Source of the DNA: Scyliorhinus canicula
Lineage: Eukaryota
Assembly (NCBI RefSeq): GCF_902713615.1
Contig: NW_024055785.1
Span: forward strand, 124,001 to 188,000
Length of the DNA: 64,000 bases
Reading direction: 5' to 3'
The notes under the pieces: model-generated
The model's database searches: none
Told to the model about the DNA's origin: nothing
What the model saw: the letters and a program-made list of their open reading frames with translations, nothing else
Program-made: the position numbers and the translations under genes
Shown: one piece after another, positions 1-12,778 of the stretch
Layout of the letters: each line of letters opens with the position of its first letter
Numbering within the stretch: the first letter of the stretch is position 1

Positions 1-191
1 TGACTATGTCTATATTATTGCAGCGCTGTAAATAAAATTAGTAAAAGACGATTTGTTGTTGGCAGTTTGATTATCTGGTATCTGAAAACTACAAGATTCA
101 ATATTTAGTCAACAAGGTGAATAAGGAAACATATCAGGGCCCAATATTCCAGCTAGATATTCACAGGAGAAAGGCTGTTATCAAACACCTC

Positions 192-913
192 GGGCGAAAT
201 TCTCCCCCCCCCCACGACGGGTGGGAGAATAGCGGGAGGGCCTTCCCGACTTTTTTGACGCCCTCCCGCTATTCTCCCCCCCCCCCGCCGAAATCCCGAC
301 ACGAATCGCTGCCGCCGTTTTTTTACGGCCGGCAGCGATTCACAGCTGTTAGAAGGGCCGAAGTCCCAGCCCTTTACGACCTTTTTACGAACGGCAAACA
401 CACCTGGTCCTGCCGTTCGTAAAAACGTCGTGACCACCTGGAAAAAAATAACCATGGCACCGATTGGCACGGCAGTACCACGGCCGTGCCAAGGGTGCCA
501 TGGGCCCGCGATCGGTGCCCACCGATCGCGGGCAGCGGGCCCGATGCCCGCGCACTATTTGTCCTTCCGCCGCCCCGCAGTATCAATACGCGGGGCGGCT
601 GAGGGGCAACCCGGACCGTGCATGCGCGGGTTTCGCGCAAAAACGCGATGACGTCACCCGCGCATGCGCGGGTGGAGTCTTCCCACCTGCGCATGCGCGG
701 CTGACGTCATATGACGCGTCAGCCGGCGCTAAATCCGACAAGCGGGCTTAACGATTTTCGTTAAGCCCGACTTGTCGGAGCCTCCGACGTCGGGCTGCTA
801 GCCCCGACGGGGGACCAGAATCGGTCCCCGGTCGGGAAGGGGCGCGATGCCGTAAAACCCGCCGGGTTTTACGGCAGTTTGACGATTTCTCCCGTTTTGG
901 GAGAATTTCGCCC
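192..913. mobile_element. Non-autonomous DNA transposon (MITE), PIF/Harbinger-like
   Basis: Perfect 15-bp terminal inverted repeats GGGCGAAATTCTCCC (192-206) / GGGAGAATTTCGCCC (899-913). Flanked by 3-bp direct repeat CTC (189-191, 914-916). GC-rich palindromic interior with no transposase-like ORF. Confidence 0.75.
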
Positions 914-1089
914 CTCAAATGGACAGGACAGAGAAAGATCCCAACTGTAAGAAACTCTCAAATCATTTGTAAGTATTTTTCAAATGCTGACAGGTTGCAA
1001 CTGTCAGTTTCCATCACACTGAAGTCAATGAAATGTTAGAGAATGGTTATTCGAGAACTAAAATACACGAGTTATATCACAGCTAGTCT

Positions 1090-1610
1090 CCAGAGTACAG
1101 TTCTGGTCACCACATTACAGGAAGAATGTGATTGTACTGGAGAGAGTACGGAAGAGATTTATCTGGATGTTTCCAGGATTGGGGAATTTTAACAAGAGGA
1201 AAGATTGGATCGACTGGGATTGTTTTCTGTGGACCAGAGGAGGATGAGTGGGCATTTAATTGAGGTGTATAAAATTATGAGGGTCCCAGATATAGTGGAT
1301 CAGACGGCAGAAGGACCTATTTCATTAACAGGCTGGTCAGTAATCTGGGGGCCTGAGATTTAAGTATCTATTGGAAGGATTAAAGGGGAATTGAGGATTT
1401 TCTTCACCCAGGGGCGTGGTGGGGATCTGGAATTCTGTGGGAAAGGGAGATAAAGACAGAAACCCTGATCACATTTAAAGACACCCTGAGATGGAGATTC
1501 TGTGACCTGCAGGGCTACAGACCAAGAGGTGGAAAGTGGACTGGATAAACCATTTTCAGCCAACACAGACAGTGGGCGAAATAGCCTCCTCTGTGCAGTA
1601 AATGTCTAGG
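1090..1610 (+). mobile_element. Degraded CR1-type LINE 3' fragment
   Basis: cagttctggtcaccacattacaggaagaatgtgattgtactggagag resembles the CR1 RT C-terminal region seen intact at 35497-37047. Confidence 0.6.
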
Positions 1611-1819
1611 ATTCTGTGATGACAAGTGATCCTTGGGAGTTTATCAGTCAGTTAGTCCAAGTGTTGATGTGATGGATCAAGTTAAGAGGTGTCAGGTACC
1701 AGGGGCAGTGATTAAAATGGAAATATCAGTAAATACTGATATAGTTTATCTGTATGTGGTTCCATTTTCATAACTTCTCCTGAATGTGACCCTCACCCAG
1801 GTTTTGATTTGATTTATTT

Positions 1820-2125
1820 ATAATAATAATCTTTATTGTCACAAGTTAGCTTATATTAACACTGCAATGAAGTGACTGTGAAAAGCTGCTAATCCGCCAC
1901 ATTCCGGGCCTGTTCGGGTACACGGAGGGAGAATTCAGAATGTCCAAATTACCTAACAGCATGTCTTTCGGGGCCTGTGGAGGAAACCGGAGCACCCGGA
2001 GGAAACCCACACAGACACTGAGAGAACATGAAGACTCCGCACAGACAGTGACCCAAGCCAGGAATTGAACCTGGGTCCCTGGCGCTGTGAAGCAACAGTG
2101 CTAACCACTGTACTACTGTGCTGCC
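1820..2125 (-). mobile_element. tRNA-derived SINE
   Basis: Minus-strand head GGCAGCACAGTAGTACAGTGGTTAGCACTG...GGGTTCAATTCC (A/B boxes) and (TTA)n tail. Same family recurs throughout the window. Confidence 0.75.
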
Positions 2126-2599
2126 TACGCTGCTGGCCTTGCTCTGCATCATATAAAAATTGTCAATACATCTGGTTCAAAGCTGAAGTTCAGGTCTTAA
2201 TGCCTTGTTTGATTTCACTTTGTGTTTAAATCCTCCTCATGTAACCCCCTGTAAAAGGGGTTGCCTGAATCCATCACTGTCAGTCCTGCTGAGTGGACAG
2301 GGCTCACCACGTATGTGCCCTGCTGCACTCTGTTACCTGTGAGCATGGTGGTGGTGAACTGGGGAAAGGCTCTGCAGGAAAACCTTCCCGCTCGGTGCAA
2401 ACTCGGGAGCGGTAAATTCTTGTTTTAGCTTTGAGGCCTCCACTGGGTGTTTGTGAAGCCTCCTCTCACACCCACTGCCCCTAACACTGCCTCTGCTTAT
2501 CCGCCTCCTTCCCACCTGAAGATGAGACAAACAAGCATCTGTCCCTGGACATGAACCGCACTGCTCATGCTCCACATCACAATGCCCGGAGAGTGATTG

Positions 2600-2830
2600 A
2601 CGGCAGCTCCGGACCAATAGGAAAACGGGCATGACTGGAGGACCACCAATCAATCGGAGTGAATGATTGGCGGCGCTGATCGCGGATCTCCCTCATTGGC
2701 TGAGATTCTTCCCTCTAGCCACGTGGGCATGGGTTCCAGAATCTAATTTCCTGCCTGAGAGGTGTTGACCAATGGGAAGACTTGGAGGACTGGGTGGACT
2801 CTGGTCCTCCAGCCAATCAGACTGCAGGCT
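2600..2830. promoter_or_regulatory. CCAAT-box cluster (NF-Y-type promoter-like)
   Basis: CCAAT/ATTGG at 2614, 2646, 2666, 2695, 2769 and 2813. A candidate minus-strand splice donor lies near 2337. Confidence 0.45.
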
Positions 2831-3004
2831 TTGTGTGATTGAAGATTGAGCATCACACAGACTGAAACTTCTTCCTGTGTCAAACTTCTGAATAAAACAT
2901 TTTCTTTCCACTTAAGTTGGCTTTTTTCAAGTCCATTGACCCTTCTACAGAACTGTTGCGACAAGGAACAACAAACGTTAACTCTGTTTCACTCGCCACA
3001 GATG

Positions 3005-3330
3005 TAGCATGGTGGCACAGTAGTTAGCACTGCTGCATCACAGCACCAGCGACCTGGGTTCAATTCCAGCTTGGTGTGACTGTGTGGAGTTTGCGCATTC
3101 TTCCCGTGTCTGTGTGGGTTTCCTCCGGGTGCTCCAGTTTTCTCCCACCGTCCAAAGATGTGCAGGTTTAGTGGATTGGCTACGCTAAATTGCCCCTTAG
3201 TGTCCAACGACGAAGTTGGGTTACGGGGAGAGGGCGGGGGAGGTGCGCTTGGGTCGGGTGCTCTTTTTGTAGGGTTGGTTCAAACTCGATGGGACGAATG
3301 GCCTCCTTCTGCACTGTAGGGATTCGATGA
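3005..3330 (+). mobile_element. tRNA-derived SINE
   Basis: gtagcatggtggcacagtagttagcactgctg...gggttcaattcc head followed by the family core gggtttcctccgggtgctcc. Confidence 0.7.
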
Positions 3331-4229
3331 TGCTGCTAGACCTGTTGAGTTCATCTCGCATTTTCTGTTTTTATTCTATATTACACACCTTTTTAATCCA
3401 TTAATTATATTTATTGAACCACTGTACCATCAACTAGCAGGAGCAGTGTGTGGATATTTCAGCCATTCCAGCCTTGGGTGAGTGTGTGGAGTTTGCACAA
3501 TCTCCCCGTGTGTGGGTTCCCTCTGGGTGCTCCAGCTTTCTCCAAAGATGTACAGGTTAGGTGGATTGGCCATGCTAATTGCCCCATGGTGTCCAAACAA
3601 AGGTTAGATGTAGTTACTGGATTACGGGGCTAGGCTGGAGGCATGGTCTTAAATAGGGTGCTCTTCCAAGGGCCGATGAAGGCTCAATGGGTGGATGGCT
3701 TCCTTCTGCATTGTAAATTCTCTGATTCTGGAGGATTTACTCTCTCACTGTCTGATCCGATGGGTCTGTTTGCTTGTACTAGGATACAGAGTTCAATATG
3801 CGTTTGGGTCACGGTCTGTGTGGTGTCTGCACGCTCCCTCATTGTCTGCGTGGGTTTCCTCCGGGTGCTCCGGTTTCCTCCCACAAGTCCCGAAAGATGT
3901 GCTTGTTAAGTAATTTGGACGTTTTGAATTCTCACTCTGTGTACCCGAACAGGCACCGGATTGTGGCGACTAGTGGCTTTTCATGGTAACTTCATTACAG
4001 TGTTAATGTAAGCGTACTTGTAGTAATAACAAAGAATATTATTAATGTGTTTGAGTATTTTAGGGAGCAAGTAGAAATTCCTTTGTTCTACCTGTTATCC
4101 CCTCAGATATTCCATCTGTTTTTGGTTAATGTGTCTGGCTGTCTCGGGTATATGGTAGCTTGGTGTTGTGATTTGTGTTGTTTAGTTTGCTGTCTGTCTC
4201 CAGCAGGTATTGTTGTCTCTCGATATTGA

Positions 4230-4880
4230 CTGTGCTGCTACCCTTGTCTTCTGGTCTTATGAACATATCCATGTTGGATCCAAGCTCCCGGATTGTCTGT
4301 CTTTCTCTCCGGGTAAGATTCTGTTTGTCTCTTGTATTTCACTGTGACAGGGCAAAGACCTGATTGAAGGGATTCAAACATGGGAGTTCTGGGAAAGATG
4401 GGCAAGGATTTTGGAGGTGACAACATGTTCAAAGAGTTTAGAGAGGAGAGGGAGGTTGAAGACGGGGCAGTAATTTGTAAGAATGGCAGGGTCAAGGGTT
4501 TGTTTTATTGAAGAGGGGGTGATGATGGCAGATTTGAAGGACAGAGGGACAGTACCTGAAGAGAGAGAAATGTTGACAATATCCATGGACACAGGGTAGT
4601 TGGCTGATCAGTAGCTCAGTGGGAATAAGGTCGATGGAGCAGGAGCTGGGTCTCATGGACAAGATGAGCTCTGAGGGGGCATGAGGGGAGATGGGAGAGA
4701 AACTAGAGAAAGATGTGGGTTCAGGACTCGGGAAAGGATGAAATTTAGAGACAGTTTGGTTCGGTGGGCTCGTGGAAGGGAGGGAAGCAGCAGAGGCAGC
4801 TGATCGGATTGACTCAATCTCAGTCACAAAGAAGCTTCACAAGCTCCTCACACTTCTTGTTGGAGGTGAGGATGGAAGAG
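4230..4880 (-). mobile_element. Degraded L2-clade LINE RT fragment
   Basis: Minus-strand peptides SIDLIPT...DIVNISLSSGTVPLSFKSAIITP...LDPAILTNYCPVFNLPLLSKLFEHVV match the pre-RT motifs typical of L2 ORF2. Broken by frameshifts. Confidence 0.65.
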
Positions 4881-5089
4881 ACAGGGGAGAGCGAGAGTAC
4901 TTCAAAAGGAACTAACTTGTGTCAGAGATATTAAAAAGTTTCCACACACTGCAGATTTAACACAAATCAAATTTATTTGACTTTTATCCAGAATATTAGC
5001 CCCTGTAAATGGGCTGGAGTTTGTTATCAGAAGAAAGAGACCCAAATGAACATGGTTCAGTCCTGAATGTCAGGAGCAGCAAAATCCAA

Positions 5090-5968
5090 TCACTGTAGTT
5101 CCTTGTGGCCTCGTTGGTGTGTCAGCAGGTTGGATAAAGTGGTGAATCCCTTCCCACACTTGTCGCAGGCGAATGGCCTCTCCCCAGTGTGAATTCGCTG
5201 ATGTACAGTGAGGTTAGATGATTGTCTGAACCCAGTCCCGCAGTGAGAGCACCTAAACGGTCTCTCGTCAGTGTGAACACGTTGATGGCACATCAGTTCC
5301 CCAGAACTTTTATAGCTCTTCCCACAGTCTGGACATTGGAACGGTCTCTCATCAGTGTGAACTCGCTGGTGTGTGGACAGAGTGGATGACTCAGTGAATC
5401 CCTTCCCACATTTGGAGCAGGTGAATGGCCTCTCCCCAGTGTGAATTCGCTGGTGACTAAGCAGGGAAGGTAACTTTGTGAATCCCTTCCCACACTTGGA
5501 GCAGGTGAATGGTCTATCCCCAGTGTGAACTCGCTGGTGTCTCAGCAGGTGGGATGACTTAGTGAATCCTTTCCCACACTCTGAACAGGTGAATGGTCTC
5601 TCCCCAGTGTGAATTCGCTGGTGTGTGGACAGAGTGGATGACTGAGTGAATCCCTTCCCACACTTGGAGCAGGTGAATGGTCTCTCCCCAGTGTGAACTC
5701 GCTGGTGTTTCCGCAGGTCGAATGACTGAGTGAATCCCTTTCCACACTTGGAGCAGGTGAATGGTCTCTCTCCAGTGTGACTGCGTCAATGAGTTTCCAG
5801 CTTGGATGGGGCAGTGAATCCTTTCCCACAATCCGCACATTTCCACAGTTTCTCCTCAGTGTGACTGCATTTGTGGCTTGTGAGGCCTGATGATTGACTG
5901 AATCCTCGTTCACACACACAACACGTGTACGGTTTCTCCCCACTGTGAACGATGCTTTTTCCTTCCAT
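5090..5968 (-). pseudogene. C2H2 zinc-finger protein gene (10 fingers, TGERPF linkers) with one premature stop
   Basis: ORFs 5786..6187 and 5090..5293 are the same frame. Manual translation between them is open (e.g. [23 protein letters not shown]) apart from TGA at 5786-5788 in finger 2 (KLETH*RSH). ATG (MEGKS) at 5968; candidate acceptor tttcacag at ~6077. Confidence 0.85.
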
Positions 5969-6369
5969 ATTCAAAGTACGATGGTATTCAGGATATGATA
6001 AATTGAGGACTCTGTTATATCCTGATGTGATGCCTGGTTTGATTTTCTGGACTTTGAAGCCTCCCCTTCGAACACCCTGTGAAACTGATTTAAAACAGAA
6101 AATAGGGAGTGAGAGAGAACCCACAAAAACACAAAGGCAGGTTGTGAAATTGAGCTGAATGAATCTGGTCATTTGTGGGGCCGGCACTGGGAAAAAGTGA
6201 CCATGAAAACTGCTGGATTGTTATAAAACCCAACTGGCCTCTTTGGGAGGAGAGAGAAAGAGGTGAAGAGGGATTTTGTACATCTACAAGACATAGCTAG
6301 AGAGTAGTTGGCAAAATAAATCCGATCTTAAGCTTCATAAACCGTAATATTGACACGGAAACAGGGAAG

Positions 6370-6715
6370 CTGTGCTTCTAGTGGCACAGTGATTAGCACT
6401 GCTGCCTCACAGCGCCAGGGATCCGGGTTCAATTCCGGCCTTGGTGACTGTGTGAAGTTTACACTTTCCCCCCGTGTCTGCGTGGGTTTCCACCTGGTGC
6501 TTAAGTTTCCTCCAACAGTCTAAAGAAGGGCAAATTAGATGGATTGGCCTTGATAAATTGTCCCATAGTGTCCAGGGATGTGCAGGTTCGGTGGGGCTAT
6601 GGGGTCACAGGGACAAGGTAGGGGTGTGGGCAGAGGCAGGGTGCCCTTTCAGAGAATCAGTGCAGACTCGATGGGCCGAATGGCCTCCTTCTGCACTGTA
6701 GGAATTCTATGGTTC
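6370..6715 (+). mobile_element. tRNA-derived SINE
   Basis: gtggcacagtgattagcactgctgcctcacagcgccagggatccgggttcaattcc head and CR1-like tail ctatggttcta. Confidence 0.7.
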
Positions 6716-8129
6716 TAATTCTATTCTATGAATCTTTATAAAGCTCTGGTCACCACTCTTCAGGAAGGATGTGATGGTTCTTGGAGAAGGTGCAGAGGAG
6801 ATTTACCAGAATGGATCCAGCAAAGGAGGTTGAGGGGAGATTTGATTCAGGGACACAAGATTATGCCAGATTTCCATCGGGTGGACAAAGAAACTCTGTT
6901 TCCATTCACTGATCGTACAAGCAGTCGGGACACAGATTTAAAGTTTTGGGTAAAACCTGGATTGAACTATATAAGATCCTGAGGGGTCTTGACAGGGTGG
7001 ATGTGGAGAGGATGTTACCTCATGTGGGAGAATCTAGAACAAGGCGTCACTGTTGCAAAGTGAGGGGTCACCCAGTTCAGATGGGGCAACGGATTTTTTT
7101 TTCTCTTGAGGGTTGCAAGACAGGGGGTGGCATAGCGCTTAGCACTGCTACCTCACTGCACCAGGGACCCAGGTTCAATTCCCACCCTGACTGTGAGGAG
7201 TTTGCACTTTCTCCCCGTGTCTGTGTGGGTTTCCTCCGCGTGCTCCGGTTTCCTCCCACAGTTCAAGGATGTGCAGGTTAGGTTGAATTGGTTAGGATTG
7301 TATTCGCTGGAGTTCAGAAGAATGAGGGCAGATCTCATAGAAATCTATAAAAAGTGGGTGGCGCAGTGATTAGCACTGCTGCCTCATGTCGCCGAGGACC
7401 CGGGTTCGATCGCGGCCCCGGTCACGGTCTGTGTAGTGTTTGCACATTCTCCCTGTGTTTGCTTGGGTCTCACCCCCACAAATCTAAAGATGTGCACGGT
7501 AGGTAGATTGGCCACACTAAAATTGCCCCTTCATTGTAAAAAAAAAATTTATGTTTAAAAAAAAAAGCAGGGCGAGACAGAGTAGATTCAGGAAGGATGT
7601 TCCTGATAGTTGGTGTGTCCAGAAATAGGGGTCACAGACTGACGATACGGGGTAGACCATTTAGGACAGAGATGAGGAGAAATCTCTTCACCCAGAGAGC
7701 AGTGAGCCTGTGGAATCTGTCACCACAGGAACTAATTAAAGCCAAAACATTGCATGTTTTCAAGAAGTAGTTAGATACAGCACTGAGGGTGAAGGGGATC
7801 AAAGGATGCGGGGGGAAAGCGGGATTAGACTATTGAGCCGAATCAGCTCTGATCGTAATGAATGGTGGAGCAGGCTCCAAGGGCCGAATGGCCTCCTGCT
7901 CCTATTTTCGATGTTGCTTCGCATCTGTGCATGTAAATGGTCCAGGAGGTATGAGGAAGAATGTTTTTACACAGCCAGTGGCAATGACCTTAAACTTGCT
8001 GCTTATGACGGAGTTTGGAAATAGACGCAATAAATGATTTTTTTTTTAATTGGATAGAAACCAGAGAGAAATAAACATGTGAGGATACAGAGACAGAACA
8101 GGAGAATGACTCTAACTGGATTGCTCCAG

Positions 8130-8716
8130 ATAATAATAATATTTATTAGTGTCATAGTTAGGCTTACATTAACACTGCAATGAAGTTACTGTGAAAATTC
8201 CGAAGTCGCCACACTCCGGCGCCTGTTCGGGTACACTGAGCAAGAATTCAATGTCCAATTCACATAACAAGCACGTTTTTTTTTGGGACTTGTGGGGGGA
8301 AGCCGGAGCACACGGACGAAACTCACACAGACACGGGGAGAACGTGCAGACTCCGCACGGACAGTGTCCCAAGCCAGGAATCAAACCCAGGTCCATGGCG
8401 CTGAGAAGCAGCAGTGTTAACCACCGTGCCGATCAGAGAGCTAGCATGGACTCAATGGACCGAATGCCCTTCTCTGCCCATAATTTTTTTCATATTTTAA
8501 AATAAATTTGGAGTACCCAATTCATTTTTTCCAATTAAGGGGCAATTTAGTGTGGTTAATCCACCTACCCTGCACATCTTTGAGTTTCAGGGGTGAAACC
8601 CACGCAAACACGGGGAGAATTTGCAAACTCCACATGGACAGTGACCCAGAGCCAGGATCGAACCTGGGACCTCGGTGCTTTGCGGCAGCAGTGCTAACCA
8701 CTGTGCCACCGTGCTG
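8130..8716 (-). mobile_element. Two adjacent tRNA-derived SINEs (~8130-8432, ~8495-8716)
   Basis: Each shows the reverse complement of the SINE head (gcagtgctaaccactgtgccaccgtgctgcc) and the family core. Confidence 0.7.
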
Positions 8717-10339
8717 CCACTGACATTTTTGTCTAATCTCGCTTTGTAATTTTACCCCAGGGGGTTCAGATATCACTCCGGTAAATCTGTGCTACACTCC
8801 CTCCGAGACCATTCTATCCTTCCTCAGGTTTGTTGCCCAGAACTGAACACAGTTCTCCAGGTTTGGTCCAACCAGAGTTTGTGAATCTCGGGGCTTTTCC
8901 AGTCCCACTGAGACCTGAAATCTTCCCTCACAGACAGAACAGACAAACCTTTTACCTTCCACACCCAGATGCTGCTGATATTCAGGTTCTGATGAATCGA
9001 GTGACTCTGTCAGATCGCCATGGGATGTCTGGTTTGCGTTTCCCGTCTGTTAAACCTCCACCTCCGGTATCCTGTAAATTTACAGAAACCTCACTGTCAG
9101 TTTAGGATAGAAATTCACAACATTCTCTCCTCGCCAACTTTGATTAAACGTATTCCTGGAGTTTTGATCACATGACCTGCCCCCATCCTCCAGCCATTAA
9201 TCGGTCAACACATCCATCCTTGTGACACACTGCCTTCCTCGGCCAATTGGGAAGCAAAAGGACTCATTGCCTTACAGGACAGTGATTGACTGTCAGCCAA
9301 ACAACCTTTATCCCATTTACAATATTTTTATATCCGCTGAAGAGAAATGTTCAAAAATCTTTTTTACTGTCACAATGATTTTCCAATCACCCAGGTATGA
9401 ATCTCACCAAGGCAGAATGTAAAATTTGAATTCATTGAAAGTTTACTTTAAAAAAAATAAATTTAGTGTACCCAATTCATTTTTTCCAATTAAGGGGCAA
9501 TTTCGTGTGGCCAATCCACCTAACCTGCACATCTTTTGGGTTGTGGGGGCGACACCCACGCAAACACTGGGAGATTGTGCAAACGCCACACAGACCCAGA
9601 GCCAGGATCGAACCTGGGACCTAGGCGCCGTGAGGCTGCAGGGCTAACCCTCTGCGCCACCGTGCTGCCTTCATCGAAAGTTTACTGATGACCATGAAAT
9701 CATTGTCAATTGTTGCAAAGACCCATCTGGTTCACTCCTGTCCTTCAGTGAAGGAAATCTTCTATCCTTACCTGGTCTGGCCTACACGTGACTCCAGATC
9801 CACAGTCAGCTTGTTGACCCTTAAAATGCTCTCTGAGATACGCTCAGTTCAAGGGCAATTCAGGATGGGCAGTGAATGCTGGCCCAGCCAGTGACACCCA
9901 CATCCTGTGACTGAATAGAAAAGAAAATCTGCCATCCTTACCTGGTCTGGCTGACACGGTTCCAAACCATAGCAATGTGGTTGACTCTTTAAATGCCCTC
10001 CGAGATGGCCGAGCCAGCCACTCGGTTTAAGGGAAATTAGGGATGGACAATAAATCTTGGCCCAGCCAGTGACTCCCACAAATGATTAAAATAAAATTTT
10101 GGAGACTCCAGTCAGTCAATCCGGGAGAGTTGGCATCCAGTCCAGACTCGCAGTGCTTAATAACAATAATCACGTGTTGTCACAAGTAGGCTTCAATGAA
10201 GTTACTGTGAAAAGCCCCTAGTCACCACATTCCAGCACCTGTTCGGGGAGGCTGGAACGGGAATTAAACCCGCACTGCTGGTCTTGTTCTGCATTACAAG
10301 CCAGCTGTCTTAGCCCACTGTGCTAAACCAGCCCCTTCC

Positions 10340-10640
10340 CTGCGGCGCATTGTCCTCTGTAAAGATGGCGGCCGGTAACCCGGGCCTGTCACGGTTCAGC
10401 GCTGTTTAAGAAAAAAAATGAAAAACCATTAACAGTTTCCTCGGGAGTTGAAGCCTCCATGGGGTATTTATGAAGCCTCCCGGCTCACTCCGCAGCTTCT
10501 ATTGCTCCCCGGCCACCCACCGGCTCCAATCTTGAAAGTCGCTCGATTGTTTCTTTCCCGCTCCTCGCACCGTCAGCGACAACCTGAACTGCGCATGCGC
10601 CAGTCACAGCCTGTACAGCGCATGTTCCAGTCACAGCCGG
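10340..10640 (-). promoter_or_regulatory. CpG-rich promoter/first-exon region, probably of the zinc-finger gene
   Basis: YY1-like AAGATGGCGGC at 10362-10372 and NRF1-like TGCGCATGCGC at 10590-10600. Minus-strand donor-like GTGAGC near 10489. Lies upstream of the minus-strand ZNF exon. Confidence 0.45.
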
Positions 10641-12084
10641 ACTCTGCACATGTGCGAGAAGCTTCTGTCATGTGGATAGAGCACATTTTCAGCTGCAACG
10701 CATGTTGGGTAATAAACCCGCCATTGAAATGGATATTTTTGATATAAATTATGCTTTGCAAACTGATTACGATTAGTAACATTGGGTCAAGGCAACACCC
10801 AGAGCCCAAGAACAAATAAAGGAAAGTTGGCAGTTAGAAAGGCAAATGCAATGTTCGCATTCATTTCAAGAGAGCTACAATACAAGATGAATGGGGATGA
10901 GAAACATATCAGCCATGATCGAATGTCAGAGCAAACTCCAAAACCCGATGGGCTGAATGGCCTAATTCTGCTTCTCTATCTTTTTTTCATGAGGGTATCT
11001 CATGGAAACATTTGTAAAAGAATTGCTGGAATCCATCCCAGACCTGGATACAGATTAATTGATTCTTGGAGGAGATTTCAATTGTGTTCTGGACCCTAAA
11101 TGGACTGGTCCAAGCTGATTCAACCACAACAAAAACATGAAAAAGGAATGAAACCAGACGGACCACCCGGCATCGGCCCAGGCACCAGAAACCACACGGC
11201 AAACACAGCAAAAGATTTTTAAAACTGTTCCCATCAGTAGACTGTACAAGGATTACGGGACACAGATTTAAGATTGTGAACAAGATCTACAGGGGAGACA
11301 GGAGGTAGGCATTTTAATAAGTGAGTGATAATGATATGGAACTCAATGCTTACACACAAAGATCGATAATCTCCAGGTCCCGGTAACTCGAACAGGTGTG
11401 AGAATTTGATGTGAGGATTGGTTGTGAGTTTCCTGTCTGCGAATCCCTTTCTAAGTCCCTGTGAAAGAAGTTTACAAAGGCATCACTGTCAGTCCAAAAA
11501 TAACATTCAGGAAAGATAAACATTTCTCCTGGTTTGAATTTGCTGGGTGTAAATCCTCCCCTACTAATCCCCTGTAAAAGGAGTTTCCAAAATTAATCAC
11601 TGTCAGTCCACGATAGAAATTCACAACATTCTCCCCTCCTGCTTATGGGTCCAGGATGACCGCTTATGCCCCTCGCTGCACACTGACCCTCGTTGTCATC
11701 AGCAGTCCCTCGATTTGAGGGTGATGTTGATTCAGGGTTGGAAGTTTCTGCCCCGGGTCTTCATGTGACTGAACAGAGCCGCAGAGCTTTGGACACATGG
11801 GGCAGGATAACCAATAAGACAGCAAAATCTGGAGAGCAGGATTGGCTTCCTTTTCTTTCCATCTCTGCCACTGCTTTGCATCATCAATAAGACATTGGGA
11901 CTCAAAGACTAATTCAGTTTGATGGACAAGTTGGCTGTATTCTGAACAATGGGGAACAAGCTCCTCCCACTCATTGCAACCTCAAACAAACCATTGTTTG
12001 CAGCAAATTACCCAGCCTTCAGAACAGCGACCACGACACCACACAACTCTGCCAGGGCAATCTCTGCAAGAAATGCCAGATCAT

Positions 12085-12778
12085 AAGAACATAGGAACTA
12101 GGAGCAGGAGTAGGCCATCTGGCCCTCGAGCCTGCTCTGCCATTCAATGAGATCATGGCTGATCTTTTGTGGACTCAGCTCCACTTTCCGGCCCGAACAC
12201 CATAACCCTTAATCCCTTTATTCTTCAAAAAACTATCCATCTTTACCTTAAAAACATTTAATGAAGGAGCCTCAAGTGCTTCACTGGGCAAGGAATTCCA
12301 TAGATTCACAACCCTTTGGGTGAAGAAGTTCCTCCTAAACTCTGTTCTAAATCTACTTCCCCTTATTTTGAGGCTATGTCCCCTAGTTCTGCTTTCACCC
12401 GCCAGTGAAAACAACCTGCCCGCATCTATCCTATCTATTCCCTTCATAATTTTAAATGTTTCTATAAGATCCCCCCTCATCCTTCTAAATTCCAATGAGT
12501 ACAGTCCCAGTCTACTCAACCTCTCCTCGTAATCCAACCCCTTCAGCTCTGGGATTAACCTCGTGAATCTTCTCTGCACACCCTCCAGTGCCAATACGTC
12601 CTTTCTCAAGTAAGGAGACCAAAACTGAACACAATACTCCAGGTGTGGCCTCACTAACACCTTATACAATTGCAGCATAACCTCCCTAGTCTTAAACTCC
12701 ATCCCTCTAGCAATGAAGGACAAAATTCCATTTGCCTTCTTAATCACTTGTGGCACCTGTAAACCAACTTTCTGTGAC
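12085..12778 (-). mobile_element. 5'-truncated CR1 LINE nested in the Penelope pseudo-LTR
   Basis: ORF 12175..12825 (LVRPHLEYCVQFWSP...RMRGDLIE) is nearly identical to 35497-37047. ATCAT duplicated at 12080-12084 and 12781-12785; Penelope sequence is continuous across it. Confidence 0.9.
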
